From Octopus sinensis (Eukaryota), in assembly GCF_006345805.1 (NCBI RefSeq), contig NC_043008.1:52204001-52268000 (forward strand): 64,000 nucleotides of DNA, in the 5' to 3' direction. This document shows, in pieces, positions 11,771-24,330 of this stretch (the first letter of the stretch is position 1; each line of letters begins with the position of its first letter). Made by a program: the position numbers and the translations under genes. The notes under the pieces are model-generated. The model did no database searches and was not told where the DNA came from. It was given only the letters and a program-made list of their open reading frames with translations.

Positions 11771-13499
11771 CATTTCGACCAATTTTTTCATGTCATGAGA
11801 ATAAAAATTTGAGCAACACATTTAAAAAATAACTCAGAACCACAATTCACAAAACAGCGAACTTAAAATTGAGCAAAAGATCTGCAAGTCAATTTTAAAA
11901 TAACCTACCATTGAGCGAAAAGAAAAGAAAACTTTCCCAAAAGACTTTCTCAGTTCATTTGAATATATTCCTTATGCAGTTTTATTTTAAATATTTCTTT
12001 TTAAAAGACTTTATAATTTTTTCCAGGGAAATTATATTGAACATTCTGATAAATTTTCCATGAACACTGATTGTTGTAAAACCGGGATGCACGGTTATTT
12101 TCATTTGCTCAACATGTGAATACTTTGTAAATTTGTGTATTTGACTTGTTAAAATATTAATTCCATCTGTGTATTGAAATATATTTGTATTATCAATATT
12201 CTTTTTTTCGCAAAATTTTTAACAATTTTTCAGGTTGAGGGCTTTTGTAGCAAGTCATAATAAACCTTTATCGGCTATAATACGACATCATTGTCATGTT
12301 GGTCGAATAGGTATAATTATTAGTTTCTCAATGGTTAAAACTACTGGCCATATTTGAATTCTAACTTTCATCAAAGAGAAATCTTACATGAAATATGGTT
12401 CTTAGAATTCAGATATGACCAGTTATAAAAACCCTGATTTTTGGGAAGAAAATTAGTGTTTGTTGTCTGTCATTCGATTCCATGACACTCACTCTCTTGA
12501 GATATTGGTTATTGCCATGCCAAGTCTTTTATCTAATTCAACAAGGCTATTTTGAATTGTTGTTTAAAACTCTTGTAGCTTAGTTATGGAAGAATCAATA
12601 TAAATTTCATGTCATAACTCTCTATGACTCTTCTTTTGACTTATTAAAATGTACTGTAAATATTAAATGTACGTAAATAAACTAATTTAGTAAATAATTC
12701 TTTTTCTTCATTTTCTTCAACCTGTTGATGAAATTTATTTCTGTAACTATTGAAGCTGTTATTATAGCAGTGAAAAAGAGTAAGCTTTATTATCTTCAAC
12801 ATACATGCATGTTAAGCGTCTTGGTGTATATAACTCACCACAACGTTTATGTAGTCTGAGTTAGGATTTATGTATGGTGATAAATACTTATAATTAAGTT
12901 ATAAGTGGCGGATTTATCACCATAGATTCCTACTCAAGAAATATTTATATTTCTTATAATTTCAAGTCGAACACGGGATAAATAGATAAAATCATCTAAT
13001 TGTTATAGATAAATTTTCACTATGATAAATTGCCACTCGTCATTCTTCTCAATAGTCACGACGTTATAAATTGGCAACAACACCGGTTATAAACTGGTAA
13101 TCCACCGTTATAAATTGTAGACTAACTGACGTGGATTCCGAATTCTACTCTGGAGAGTAATCACCGTCATAGCCTTAAAGGAGCTTTTCTTGTTGGGCTG
13201 GAAATAATCCAGACAACCGCAGGGATGCAGGGAGCCCAAAATGTATACCAGTAGATGGGCTGCAATTGGTCAAGGAAGGTCATGTGATGTCATGGTTGGC
13301 AGTATTGCTAAATAAGCAACAGTAGTTTCATGGATGAAAGAAGTTTCTTTGGCCGCATGGTTGAACAGGAAATTGCTGGCAACAGTGCATCTGGATAAGG
13401 GATTCAGTGAGGCTTGTGAGCTTATGTGTGGAAGTGTGCATGCATGAGTGTGTGTGTATGTGTGTAAGTAGGAAGGATTATATAAGCGCATTCTTGAAG

Positions 13500-15345
13500 A
13501 AAATCAACCAATTCATATGAAGAATACAGTGAAAGGCTTTCTCCATGATAGAAAAGATAGATCACATGACAAACCTGAAGCTGGAGACTTACTAAGAAAA
13601 GAATTTAAATCAAGGAAAAACCCACTGACCAATCAGCACCTGACCAGATTTGAAGAGGAACTGTATAGTATAGTTCAGAATGTGAACTTCAGAAAGTACT
13701 CTAGAAGACACAATAGACATCAACAGAAAATTAGGAAATTACTTGATGATTTCTTGAAAGTTCCAGAGATACTTGTACCATAGGACAAAACAAGTAACAT
13801 TTTTATTGTTGATATTGTGTTATTGAAGAATATGATTAGAAAAGAAAATATAGACATGCAAATATAGACATGCAAATAATGACACATCAAAATGAATAAA
13901 CAGAAGAGGATTACAAATTGCTAGAGATTTAGCTATAGATCATAGAATTGAGCCTTATGTTCCTAGAAAACCTCAGATTATGCTTAAAGACCATAAATCT
14001 AAGTTTCTGAATGACCCCCTCAGATTAATATATCTATCTAAATAAGATATAGGGATTATTAGTAAGAAGATCATTAATAGAGTACTGCCCACACTTAAGT
14101 CTAAAATTAAATCAGCTCTCTGGTGGATACCAAAGAGATAATAGGATGGTTTAAGCATCTAGAAATTAATAGAACCAGTAAATTCTTATAACTAGATATA
14201 TAGAGAGTTGCTATGCCACTACAAACCTGATCATCCTCAATGAAGCTCTGATCTATAGTATGGAAAACTCGGTTATGTCCTAACATGGAATAGATATTAT
14301 ACTTGTGGCCCAAACCTCTTTGGTAGATTTTAATGGTATATTATGGAATAGATCAGATAGAGAGAGTGCTTTCGGTATAGCGATGTGGTCATCAAATTCT
14401 GTGCAAGTCACAGACTTGTTTGGAATATATATGCATTCATTTATCCAGCTTTCCTTTCTGAAAATCACAGGAGGACTCTATAGAGATGATGTTCTATTCT
14501 TCCTGGACAGAAGTAATAAAGAACAATTAGAAAGGCATAGGAAACAGGTCTTTAGACTATTTAAGAACTTAAGACTCAACATAACTATAGAAAAAGATTA
14601 CCATAGTGTAAACTTCTGTTACGCTACCTTCTGTCTTGATACTGGATTATATGAATCCTTTCATAAACCAAATGATAATATTAAGTACATATGTGTGTAG
14701 TATCCAATAATTCACCCTCAGTAATACAAGGGTTAGTTAATGTTTCCATAAGAATATCTAGATTATCTGCTACTAATGAAATTTTTGAATCACATACACC
14801 CTATTACTGCTCTAGCTATGGCTGGTTACTGAGAGAAAATTCAATACATACAAGACACCGATATACACAACTCTGCCAATTTCTCCACTAATTATACACA
14901 AACCTAACAACACAATGTTACAGTAAGATCAAACATACAAGTCAAAACGAATCAGTTGAGGCACTAAACTACTAGCCAAAGCTCAGACACACATGCAACA
15001 CAATCATACTACTGCTTATAACACAATAAACTGTCCCAACCCTGTACAACACACCAGAACAAATAAGCCAAACAAATATAAGAATCATGATGCCCCCTGG
15101 TACAAAAAAATCAACAAGAGGTATTAGCTGATTATGTGTGGCAATTTTAGAAGAATATGATCTAACTTGGTCCATAATGAGACATGCACAGCCATTCAAC
15201 CATAGAAGTTAGGATTTTCTATATGCTTCCACCTTTTCACGTTTTTTTCATGTTTTCTCATGTTCTTTGTTCTGCATGAAGAGTGATCTGTACCTGAAGA
15301 ATGTGTCTGGATTTTCAAACATGTGAAACTATTAGTAGTGCCCAA
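13500..15345 (+). mobile_element. Penelope-like retroelement, near full-length but degenerate, with 3' hammerhead
   Basis: FKSRKNP...FEEELYSIVQNVNFR...DKTSN; LKDHK..F; GLYRDD catalytic motif (about 14475-14495); thumb region; GIY-YIG C-terminal remnant at about 15100-15230. Many stops and frameshifts. Confidence 0.85.
15290..15341 (+). ncRNA. Minimal type I hammerhead ribozyme motif at the PLE 3' end
   Basis: GUAC-CUGAAGA-AUGUGU(loop)ACAUGU-GAAAC-UAUUA-GUA-GUGC. Confidence 0.6.
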
Positions 15346-15419
15346 AGATATGTATTGTGATCATTAAACAGCTACATATATATTATATTATATTACATTA
15401 TATATATATATATATATAG

Positions 15420-15645
15420 GGGGGAGTTCATGAAAAAACAAAAGATGAAGACAGGTGGTGTACAAAACAAACAGATGTATTAGTATAACACTCAGGAAAT
15501 GAAAAAGTCTTTAACGTTTCGAGCCTACGCTCTTCTACAGAAAGGGACACAGAAAAAAGCAAGGAGAGAAACAAGGAGAGAGAAAAAAGGAGAGAAAAAA
15601 AGGAGAGAAAAAAATGTGTGTAGTGGCTTGATACATAATTCCAAG
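15420..15645 (-). mobile_element. Short non-autonomous repeat (family H) carrying a variant hammerhead
   Basis: Homologous copies at 41505-41715 and 56895-57060. Confidence 0.7.
15509..15544 (-). ncRNA. Ultra-minimal hammerhead-like motif (U6 variant, extra A, loopless palindromic stem III)
   Basis: CUUU-CUGUAGA-A-GAGC(GUAG)GCUC-GAAAC-GUU-AAAG. Confidence 0.5.
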
Positions 15646-15649
15646 AGAG

Positions 15650-16615
15650 TTAGAAGTTGTGAATCCAACAAACTAAGGGATGATATCTATCCAATATACT
15701 ATTGATAGAATACCCAATTATTAATACACAAGTTTTTTTTTTGTTGCATAGCAATTACAATACTGAATATAATAAATAGACGAGGGTAAGAAGTTGTTTT
15801 ACAATTAATTTGTACAGCAATAAGAAAATGGAGGGGATCAATAGGTGGTATTCATCAACTTTTAGACAATATATTATGTCTTAAACAATTGTAATAATAT
15901 ACATACATGTATAAAAATATCAGTACTTATTAAAGTATATAACATAGAACATAGAAAGTAGAATAGTTTCTTACAGCTGTTTCAGCCAAGAGGTCTCAGT
16001 ACCCCACTTTACTTCCATCCCTTCAGTGAACTGAAGTATTTGGTAGATAAGATTAAGGTACTTGGATGTGCCTCTGGGCTTCGTCAGAGAGTTTAGAAAG
16101 TTCATAAGGTTAAGTTATAAGTATAAATACATACATATATATACTCACTTTTACATATACATATATATACATAAATATATATAAATACATATCCATATAT
16201 TTATATATATATGTATATGCATACAACGAAATCAATTATTGTTATTATTAGGTGTATTATATTATTCTTATTAGATAAAGTATAAACAGAGGAAAGAGAA
16301 AATTATCAAAAGAGAAATGATAGTGGAATTTCAATAATCAATCTAGCTTAAAGGTATTGTAGTTTTGTAGGAATGAAAAGGTATATAAATGAGGTTATCG
16401 ATCTCAATCTAGAAGAGGGTTGTTTCTCACATGGTCAGTTGTATGTAGGTTGTTTCAGAGTAGGAAGCCCACAGAAATTCTCCATATATGCTCCAAAGGA
16501 AAAAGTGAAAAGCATTGTATATAGTGAAGTTCTGTAAATGTGCTAATATGTGCCTTATGAATACATTTCAACACCATACAGACCAGCAGGTCCACTAGTG
16601 TATGGTGCAAAATCC
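15650..16615 (-). mobile_element. Non-autonomous PLE/retrozyme-like element carrying a long-stem-II hammerhead (copy 2)
   Basis: Reverse-complement homologue of 6395-7145. Confidence 0.7.
15969..16091 (-). ncRNA. Type I hammerhead ribozyme motif with extended stem II
   Basis: CUCU-CUGACGA-AGCCCAGAGG...CCUCUUGGCU-GAAAC-AGCU-GUA-AGA. Confidence 0.75.
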
Positions 16616-16619
16616 CCTT

Positions 16620-19032
16620 TCGACCCAAGGTAATGTGGTGGTGGAACAATGTTATTGACAGGGCCATTGGAGAAGAGAAATAGGGTTGGAAGGACTGGAA
16701 GAACATTGGCAGCAGGGCATCATGTCTGACTGTCAAAAGGGAAGCTAGGAGACAGGTTTATTTAACCAGGGGGGAAGCAGATAAGAAAAAATTTGCCAAT
16801 GTTCTGTGCTGTGAGGACCAAAGACTTAAGATATTTCGTGCTGCGAGATAGTGTGTGAGACAGAATCATAATGTCATAGGAGAGAAATGTATTTGCATGG
16901 ATGATGGCTCACTTGCATTAAACGAGGCTGCACTATGAAAGGTTGCTAAATAAAGAGAATGAATGGGAGAAAGAGAGCCTGCCGAATTCTGACCCAACAG
17001 AGGGACGAGCTATCCAAATTGACAGTGCCTTGGTAGATAAAACAATTAAGGGTATGAAAGACCCTGGCCCATCAGGAATCACCACAGAGATGATCAAAAC
17101 ATCTGGCAGTGTCGGCTATAGCCTAGTCACCCGTATAGTTAAGCAGGTGATACACAAAGGAGTCATTCCCAATGACTGGTGTAGCAGCATAATAGTCAAC
17201 TGCTACAAAGGTAAAGGTGATGCATTAGAAACAAATAATTACAGAGGTATCAAGCTGTTGGATCAGGTAATGAAAGTCACAGAGAGGGTTCTAGCCCAAC
17301 TAATAGGGAGAGTGTCAGTCCAGATGAGATGCAGTTTGGGTTTCTGTCAGGGAAAAGTACCACTGATGCTATATTTCTAGTAAGGCAGCTGCAGGAGAAA
17401 TACCTGGGCAAAGATAAGCCCCTGTACCTGGCTTTCGTTGACATGGAGAAAGCCTTTGACAGGGTCCTTCGATCCCTTATCTGGTGGCCAATGATGAAAC
17501 TAGGGATAGATGAAAGGTTAGTGAGAGCTGTGCCAACCATGTACAGGGACACTGTCAGTAAGGTGAGGGTTGGCAATGAATACAGTGAAGAATTTCAGGT
17601 AGAGGTAGGGGTCCACCAATGTTCAGTACTCAGCCCCCTCCTATTTAACATAGTCCTCCAGGCAATAACAGAGGAATTCAAGACAGGATGCTCCTGGGAT
17701 CTCCTCTATAAGATGTACCCAGTGTAAGCTATGGACACATAAGAGGTGCAGCAATATCAAAGGAAGGCTAACTGGGAAGATAGTTTTTGTATGTGGAAAA
17801 TGCTCATGAGCAATAAACACTGAAAATGTGCAGTGAACAACTGCTGTCACATTCCAGAGAGAAAAACTACAAGTAGTTGACAGCTTCTGATACCTAGGTG
17901 ACCAAGTCAGTAGTGAGGGTAGATGCTCTGAAAGTGTAGCTGCTAGAATAGGAATAGTCTGAGCAAAGTTCAGAGAGCTCCTACCTCTGCTGGTGACAAA
18001 GAGCCTCTCGCACAGAGTAAAAGGTAGACTGTATGATGCATGTGTACGAACAGCCATGTTACATGGCAGTAAAACATGGGCTGTGACAGCTGAGGACATG
18101 CGTAAGCTTGCAAGGAATGAAGCCAGTATGCTCTGCTGGATGTGTAATGTCAGTGTGCATACATGACAGAGTGTAAGCGCCTTGAGAGAAAAGTTGGACC
18201 TAAGAAGCATCATATGTGGTGTGCAAGAGATACGACTATGCTGGTAAAGGACATGTGGTGTGAATGGATGAGGACAGATGTGTGAAAAAGTGTCACTTCC
18301 TAGCAGTTGAGGTAATCTGTGGAAGAGGTAGATTCAGGAAGACCTGGGATGACATGATGAAGCACGACCTTTGAACATTGGGCCTCACCAAGGCAATGAC
18401 TAGTGACCAAGACCTTTGGAAATATGCTGTGCTTGAGAAGACTTGGTAGCCAATGAGACCATAACCCATGGTTTATGCCAGCGGTATAACCAGCCTACTT
18501 ATGCGTTGCTTGTGAAGACCTGTTGAGGCAAGGGAAACAAAATCAAAATCAAATTTGCTGAATTGGCCAATAACAGCATCGCCTTACTGGGCACCCGTGC
18601 AGTGGAACATTAAAAGCACCATCCGAACCTGATCATTGCCAGGGCCACTGACTGGCTCCCATGCCGGTGGAACATAAAAAGCACCATTCAAGGCTGATTG
18701 TTACCAGCGTCACCTTACTGGCACGTGAAAAACAACATTCAAGAGTGGTTGTTGCCATTGCTGCTGGACTGGCTCCTGTACAGGTGGTACATAAAAAACA
18801 GCATTTGAGTGTGGCCATCGCCAGTGCCACCTGACTGGCCTTTGTGCTGGTGACACCTAAAAGCACCCAACTACACTCTCAGAGTGGTTGGTGTTAGGAA
18901 GGGCATCCAGCTACAGAAACTCTGCCAGATCAGATTGGAACCTGTTGCAGCCATCTGACTTGCCAGTCTTCAGTCAAACCATCCAACCCATGCCAGAATG
19001 GAAAGCGGATGTTAAACGATGATGATGATGAT
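16620..19032 (+). mobile_element. RTE-clade LINE, 5'-truncated and degenerate, with repeat-bearing 3' UTR and (GAT)n tail
   Basis: WWWNNVIDRAI, NYRGIKLLDQVMKV, QFGF..GKSTTDAIF and C-terminal ETW motif; many frameshifts. Confidence 0.9.
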
Positions 19033-19051
19033 ATATCCATACATACATATG

Positions 19052-19083
<32 letters not shown>

Positions 19084-19267
19084 AGTATGTATGTATGTAT
19101 GTATGTATTTATGTATGTATATGTATAGGATGGAGTTCTTCAAGTTTTCATTTACTAAATCCAATATAGATTTTGTTTGGCCTGGGGCTATAATAGCAGA
19201 CATTTACCCAATAAGCCAAGCTGTGGAACTGGATCTGAACCTTTGTGTTTGGGAGGCAAACTTCTTA

Positions 19268-19310
<43 letters not shown>

Positions 19311-19691
19311 AAATATATATAATTTCTTTTGAAGCCACCTAACTCATTAATTTAATGTTTATGGTTGACAGGAGTTTTTAATTACATGGTTTAGGGACAG
19401 AACTACAATAAGGAACAGGAGTTCAAATCCTGTTAGGGGTGAAAATTTTAAAGCTCTTTGGATCTGAATCTAAATTCAAATATAAAGAACATATGCCATG
19501 TCAATGCAATTATTAAATACCAGTTTCAGCTTATTTCTTTGAAAATAGCATAATTTTTGATGATACAAGTGTACAAGTAGATATGCATGTATGTATGTGT
19601 ATGTATGAGTTTGTGTATGTATGAGTATGTGTATGTATGTGTGTGTTTATAAACTTTTTGCATATTTGTGTGTCTATTTTAATTTACTTAC

Positions 19692-19885
19692 CTTATAGCC
19701 ATAATTCTGATTAACTTTAATAAAACTTGGCTTTTCTCCACTTTTTAATTCAAAATTGTCGTAGAAGCATCTTTGTTCGCTGTAATATGATACGTCTTTA
19801 TAGTCATTGTTCAATGTAATGCGAACTGAATAATAGTAAGTCACATCATAACAAACTTTTACATTCCATTTTGTGGCCTGGATAT
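19692..19885 (-). CDS. Internal exon of a minus-strand host gene (CatSper epsilon/delta-like, tentative)
   Basis: tttccag| acceptor, AAG|gtaagt donor, 194 nt open (phase 1 to 0): IQATKWNVKVCYDVTYYYSVRITLNNDYKDVSYYSEQRCFYDNFELKSGEKPSFIKVNQNYGYK. An alternative phase-0 acceptor lies 8 nt downstream. Confidence 0.7.
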
Positions 19886-20179
19886 CTGGAAATAGATTGA
19901 AAAAAGAAGAAAAAAATCTCAATTTATTTTCAAAACACTTAAAAGATTTTATAATGTGAATGGTTACATCAAGAAAACTCATATAAAACATTGGAATTGG
20001 TTTTAAGAATAACATAAAATCTCAATAATCATGAAAATCTGAATTCTTCCCACATTTTGTCCCAAGAAAATGTTTTTTTTTTACATGTTTTCTTTAAGAA
20101 TCAGACATAAATCTCATTGCATCATTATCAAATTTGTTCACAACACCCACTCATATTGAGTCATTAATTGATTTCAAAT

Positions 20180-20700
20180 ATTGGCACAAGGCCAGCAATT
20201 TCAGGGGAGGGGTAAGTCGATTACATTGACCCCCAGTGTTTAACTGGTACTTATGAACACTGAAAGGATGAAAGCAAGGTTAATCTTAATCGTAATATAT
20301 ATTACTTTTTTGCCCACAGGGGGCTAAACATAGAGGGAATAAACAAGGACAAACAAAGGGATTAAGTCGATTACATCTACCCCAGTTTGTAACTGGTACT
20401 TATTTAATCAACCCTGAAAGAATGAAAGGCAAAGTCAACCTCGGCGGAATTTGAACTCAGAACGTAATGGCAGAAGAAATACCTATTTCTTTACTACCCA
20501 CAGAGAGGACAAACAAGGACAGACAAACGGATTAAGTTGATTACATCGACTCCAGTGCATAACTGGTACTTAATTTATCGACCCCGAAAGGATGAAAGGC
20601 AAAGTTGACCTCAGTGAATCTGAACTGAGAATGTAACGGCAGACAAAACAGCGCTAAGCATTTTGCCCGCTGTGCTAATGATTCTGCCAGCTCACTTGCC
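20180..20700 (-). mobile_element. Head-to-tail cluster of three SINE family B copies (one complete, two partial)
   Basis: The GCCTTTCAT.CTT..GGG.T.GAT...TAAGTACCAGTT body repeats at about 20215-20275, 20355-20460 and 20535-20700. Confidence 0.75.
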
Positions 20701-20773
20701 CTTCTTAATCTTAATATTGATATTAATATTACTGTTAATGTTGTGTTAATGTTAAGGTCATAGAGAGAATTAC

Positions 20774-20881
20774 TTTAATTATTATGGCCAAAATTTCTCT
20801 ACCACTGTCCTCAACATAGCCATTCCATAGCCATACTAACACACACACACACAAAAGGAAAACAGTGTGTAAATCAGAAAG
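20774..20881 (-). CDS. Candidate exon of the same host gene
   Basis: Strong pyrimidine tract plus tcag| acceptor, AAA|gtaatt donor, 108 nt open: LSDLHTVFLLCVCVLVWLWNGYVEDSGREILAIIIK. It contains a short (GT)n tract, which lowers confidence. Confidence 0.35.
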
Positions 20882-21419
20882 CTGACAACAGAAAAATAGA
20901 AAATTTCTTAAGTGATACATCATCATCATCATCATCATAATCAGCATCTTTAACCTTACCACCACCACCACCATTACCACTGAAATAAAAGCATACACAT
21001 ATATAAATATATACATGCGTATACACACAAATAACATATATGTAAACATGCATCTACATGTATACATCAACACATGTGTAAAATTACATGCAAACACGTG
21101 TTACTACACATATGTATGTGTGTCTGTGTTTACAGAAAAACTGAAATAGCATTAAAAAATATAACAATGTGTTACAAAGGGCCACAAGTCCTATAAGTCA
21201 ATAGATCAACCAGGTCCACAGTCAAGTGGGATGCAGTGTTCCCATTGAAAAAGCCATAGCCTAAGGTAAATAGGTGAAATGTTCTGGGAGTGGTGCTAAT
21301 ATAACCCGAAGGTATGGAGGTCACTTGAAGCTAAGTTTATGGTCGTGTTTGTGTATGTACGCTTTTATTTTTGGTTATTTTCTTCATTTATCTCTTTTTG
21401 TATGTTTGTATATTGTATT

Positions 21420-23510
21420 TTACATTATCATCATCATTTAAGGTCTGTTGTTCATGTTGGCAGGGGTTGGACGGTTTGACCAGGGCTGGTAATCTGAGGG
21501 GCTGCACCAGACTCCAGTCTGATTTGGCATGATTTCTACAGTTGGATGCACTTCCTTACGCCAACCACTCTGAGAGTGAAATGGTCACTTTTAAGTGCCA
21601 CCAGCACAGGTGCCAGTTGCATGACACCAGTATTTGCCATGCTAATGATTTCACTTGGTTTGATGGGTCTTCTTCTCAAGCAAAGCATATTGCCAAGGGT
21701 CTCAGTCATTTGTCATTGCCACTATGAGGCCCAGTACTTGAAAAGTGCTTTTTACATGCCACTGGCACAGGTGCTGGTTATGCAACACCAGCATTGGCCA
21801 GAGTGCCTCCATGAGGGCCAGTGCTTAAACAGTGCTTTTTACATTCCACCAGCATGAGTGCCAGTTATGTGACACCAACATTGACCACATTGCCTGTGCA
21901 TTGCTCAGTGCTTGACTGGTGCTTCTTAAGTGCCACTGGTACAGGTGCCATTTACATGACATTGGCATCATCCACATTGCCTCCATGAGGACCAATGTGT
22001 GAATGGTGCTTTTTACATGCCACCAGCATGGGTGCCAATAAAGTGACGCCAACATCAGCCATGTCTATGGTTTCACTTGGCTTGCCTCTAATGCCCAACT
22101 TTTCTCTCAAGACACTTATACTCTGCTGCACCCTGACACTGCACATTCAGTGAAGCAAACTAGCTTCATTTCTTTCAAGCCTACGCATGTCCTTGGCAAT
22201 TACAGCCCATATTTCACTGCCATGCTGCATAGCTGTTTACACACAAGCATCTTATAGTGTGCTTTCACACAGATGGTGGGCCTCTTTGTAGTCAACAGAG
22301 GTAGGAGCTCTCTGAACTTGCCCAGCCTATTCTTATTCTTGCAGCTACGCTCTTGGAGCATGAACCTCTGCTACTGACTTGATCATCTAAATAACAGAAG
22401 CTATCAACCACCTCTAGCTTAGTTCCCTTGCAGTCGATGGAGTCCATTTTCTGTACATTTTTAGTGTTTATTGTACTTGTGCACCTTCCAAACACAAGAA
22501 CTATTTTCCTAATTAATCCTCCTCTGATATTGCTGCATCTCTTATGTGTCCATCGCTTACATTGGGTACATCCTATGAAGTTTCTATCATTGCCTTTCCT
22601 ACAGATTAAGCAGGGCCAACTGCCTGAAGTGATTTGTGATTTGTCTGCTTTCCTTCTTACTAAGACTTTGGTTTTTGCTAGGTTAACTCTAAGACCCTTC
22701 AATTTCACACCTTGCTTCCACTCCTGAAATTCCTTATTTAGTTCTGGTAGTGATTCAACTATAAGAACAAAGTCATCAGCCCAGAAGAGCTCCCATGGCA
22801 GCCTGTCTTAAACTCCTCTGTTATTGTCTGGAGGACTATGATAAACAAGAAGAGGCTGAAGACTGATCCTTCGTGAACCCTTACTTCTACCATGAATTCA
22901 TCGCTATACTTGTTGCAAACTCTTACCTTACATGACCTGTACAGCTCTCACCAGCCACTCATCAGTCCCTAGTTTCTGCATTGACCACAAGGTAAGAGAC
23001 TGGATACCCTGTCAAAGGCATTCTCCATATCAATAAAAGCCAAGTACAGAGGTTTATCTTTGGCTAGGTATTTCTCCGGCAGTTGTATTACCAGAAATAT
23101 GGCATTAATGGTGTTTCTGCCTGGCACAAAACCAAACTGCATCTCATCTAGACAAACTCTCTACCTAACTGGTTGGGCTGTGATCTCCTCTGTGACTTTT
23201 GTCACCTGATCCAACAACTTGATACCTCTGTAATTATTTCTAAGGTGTCACCTTTACATTTGTAGCAGTTGACTATGGTGCTGCTACACCAGTCATTGGG
23301 TATGACTCCTTCGTGTACCACCTGATTAATTATGGAGGTGACTAAATCATAACCCACACTGCCAGATATTTTAAGCATCGCAGTGGTGATTCCTGATGAG
23401 TTGGGACTTTCTCTGTTTTCATATCCTTCATGGCTTTGTCTACAACACTACTGTCTCTTCAGATTGCTAGTCCCTCTGTCAGATCAAAATTAGGTGGAAT
23501 CTCCTTTTCC
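21420..23510 (-). mobile_element. RTE-clade LINE, older degenerate copy
   Basis: RT and C-terminal fragments (KGLRVNLAKTKVL..., ELLWADD-like) plus diverged 3' UTR repeats. Confidence 0.85.
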
Positions 23511-23884
23511 CATGAGTTCTCTACATTTGTGAGTAAATATGTATTGTGCATATATTTATGTATTGGTACATTTCTGTTGATGGATTCAACTGATAGTCAG
23601 ATTAATGGCTTGTCGTTTGGATGTGTGGTTTATAATAATTATGTAGGTGAATGTGTATGTAAGTTTATGCATATTTTTTGTATGCTTATATAGGTGCATA
23701 TGTGCATGTATGTACACACACTTATATATATGTATGTATAAAAATATGTTTGTGAATACATATATACATATATGTACTTGTGTTTGGGTGTGGTTGTGAC
23801 TGTATATTTCGGTACGTATATGTATGTGAATATTTTTATATCTGCATGCATATATCGCATATATATATATATATGTATACACAC

Positions 23885-24330
23885 GCAGTAATACCTCACT
23901 ATACGAGGACTCATTTTACGAGACCCTGGGTTTATGAGTTTTATTTTTTAGCTCACTTTTGTGTGGTGAGCTGAAATTTTTCAAGCACAAGATCCAGATG
24001 TTGAATGAAATGCAAATGTTTCTACTATCCTAACAAATGTTTCTGCGTGTTACCGAGAAATTTATAGACAGCAAAAAAAAAAAGCTTCTTCTCAGCAAAC
24101 AACTCTAGACTTGTTTCTTAAAAAGAAATCTACAAGACTGTCTTGTGAATTAGCAATCATGTCTACAAGTGATGGTATGCATGAGTCTATTGAGAGTGAG
24201 AGTGATTCAGAAAACGATTATGATAAAAACTATTTTTTATTATAAATGATCTTGACATTCTTTTTACTTAGCATAAAATATTCTTTACATTCTGCTGTTG
24301 TTTTATTGCCATTTATTTACAAGTATTATA
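23885..24330 (+). mobile_element. Tigger/pogo-like DNA transposon remnant
   Basis: CAGTAATACCTC... TIR-like start and transposase C-terminus NVSTILTNVSACYREIYRQQKKKASSQQTTLDLFLKK. Confidence 0.55.

Noticed and set aside
11900-12800. MULE- or Merlin-type transposase in the AT-rich block
   Set aside because: Only fleeting motif resemblances in frames full of stops; not supportable.
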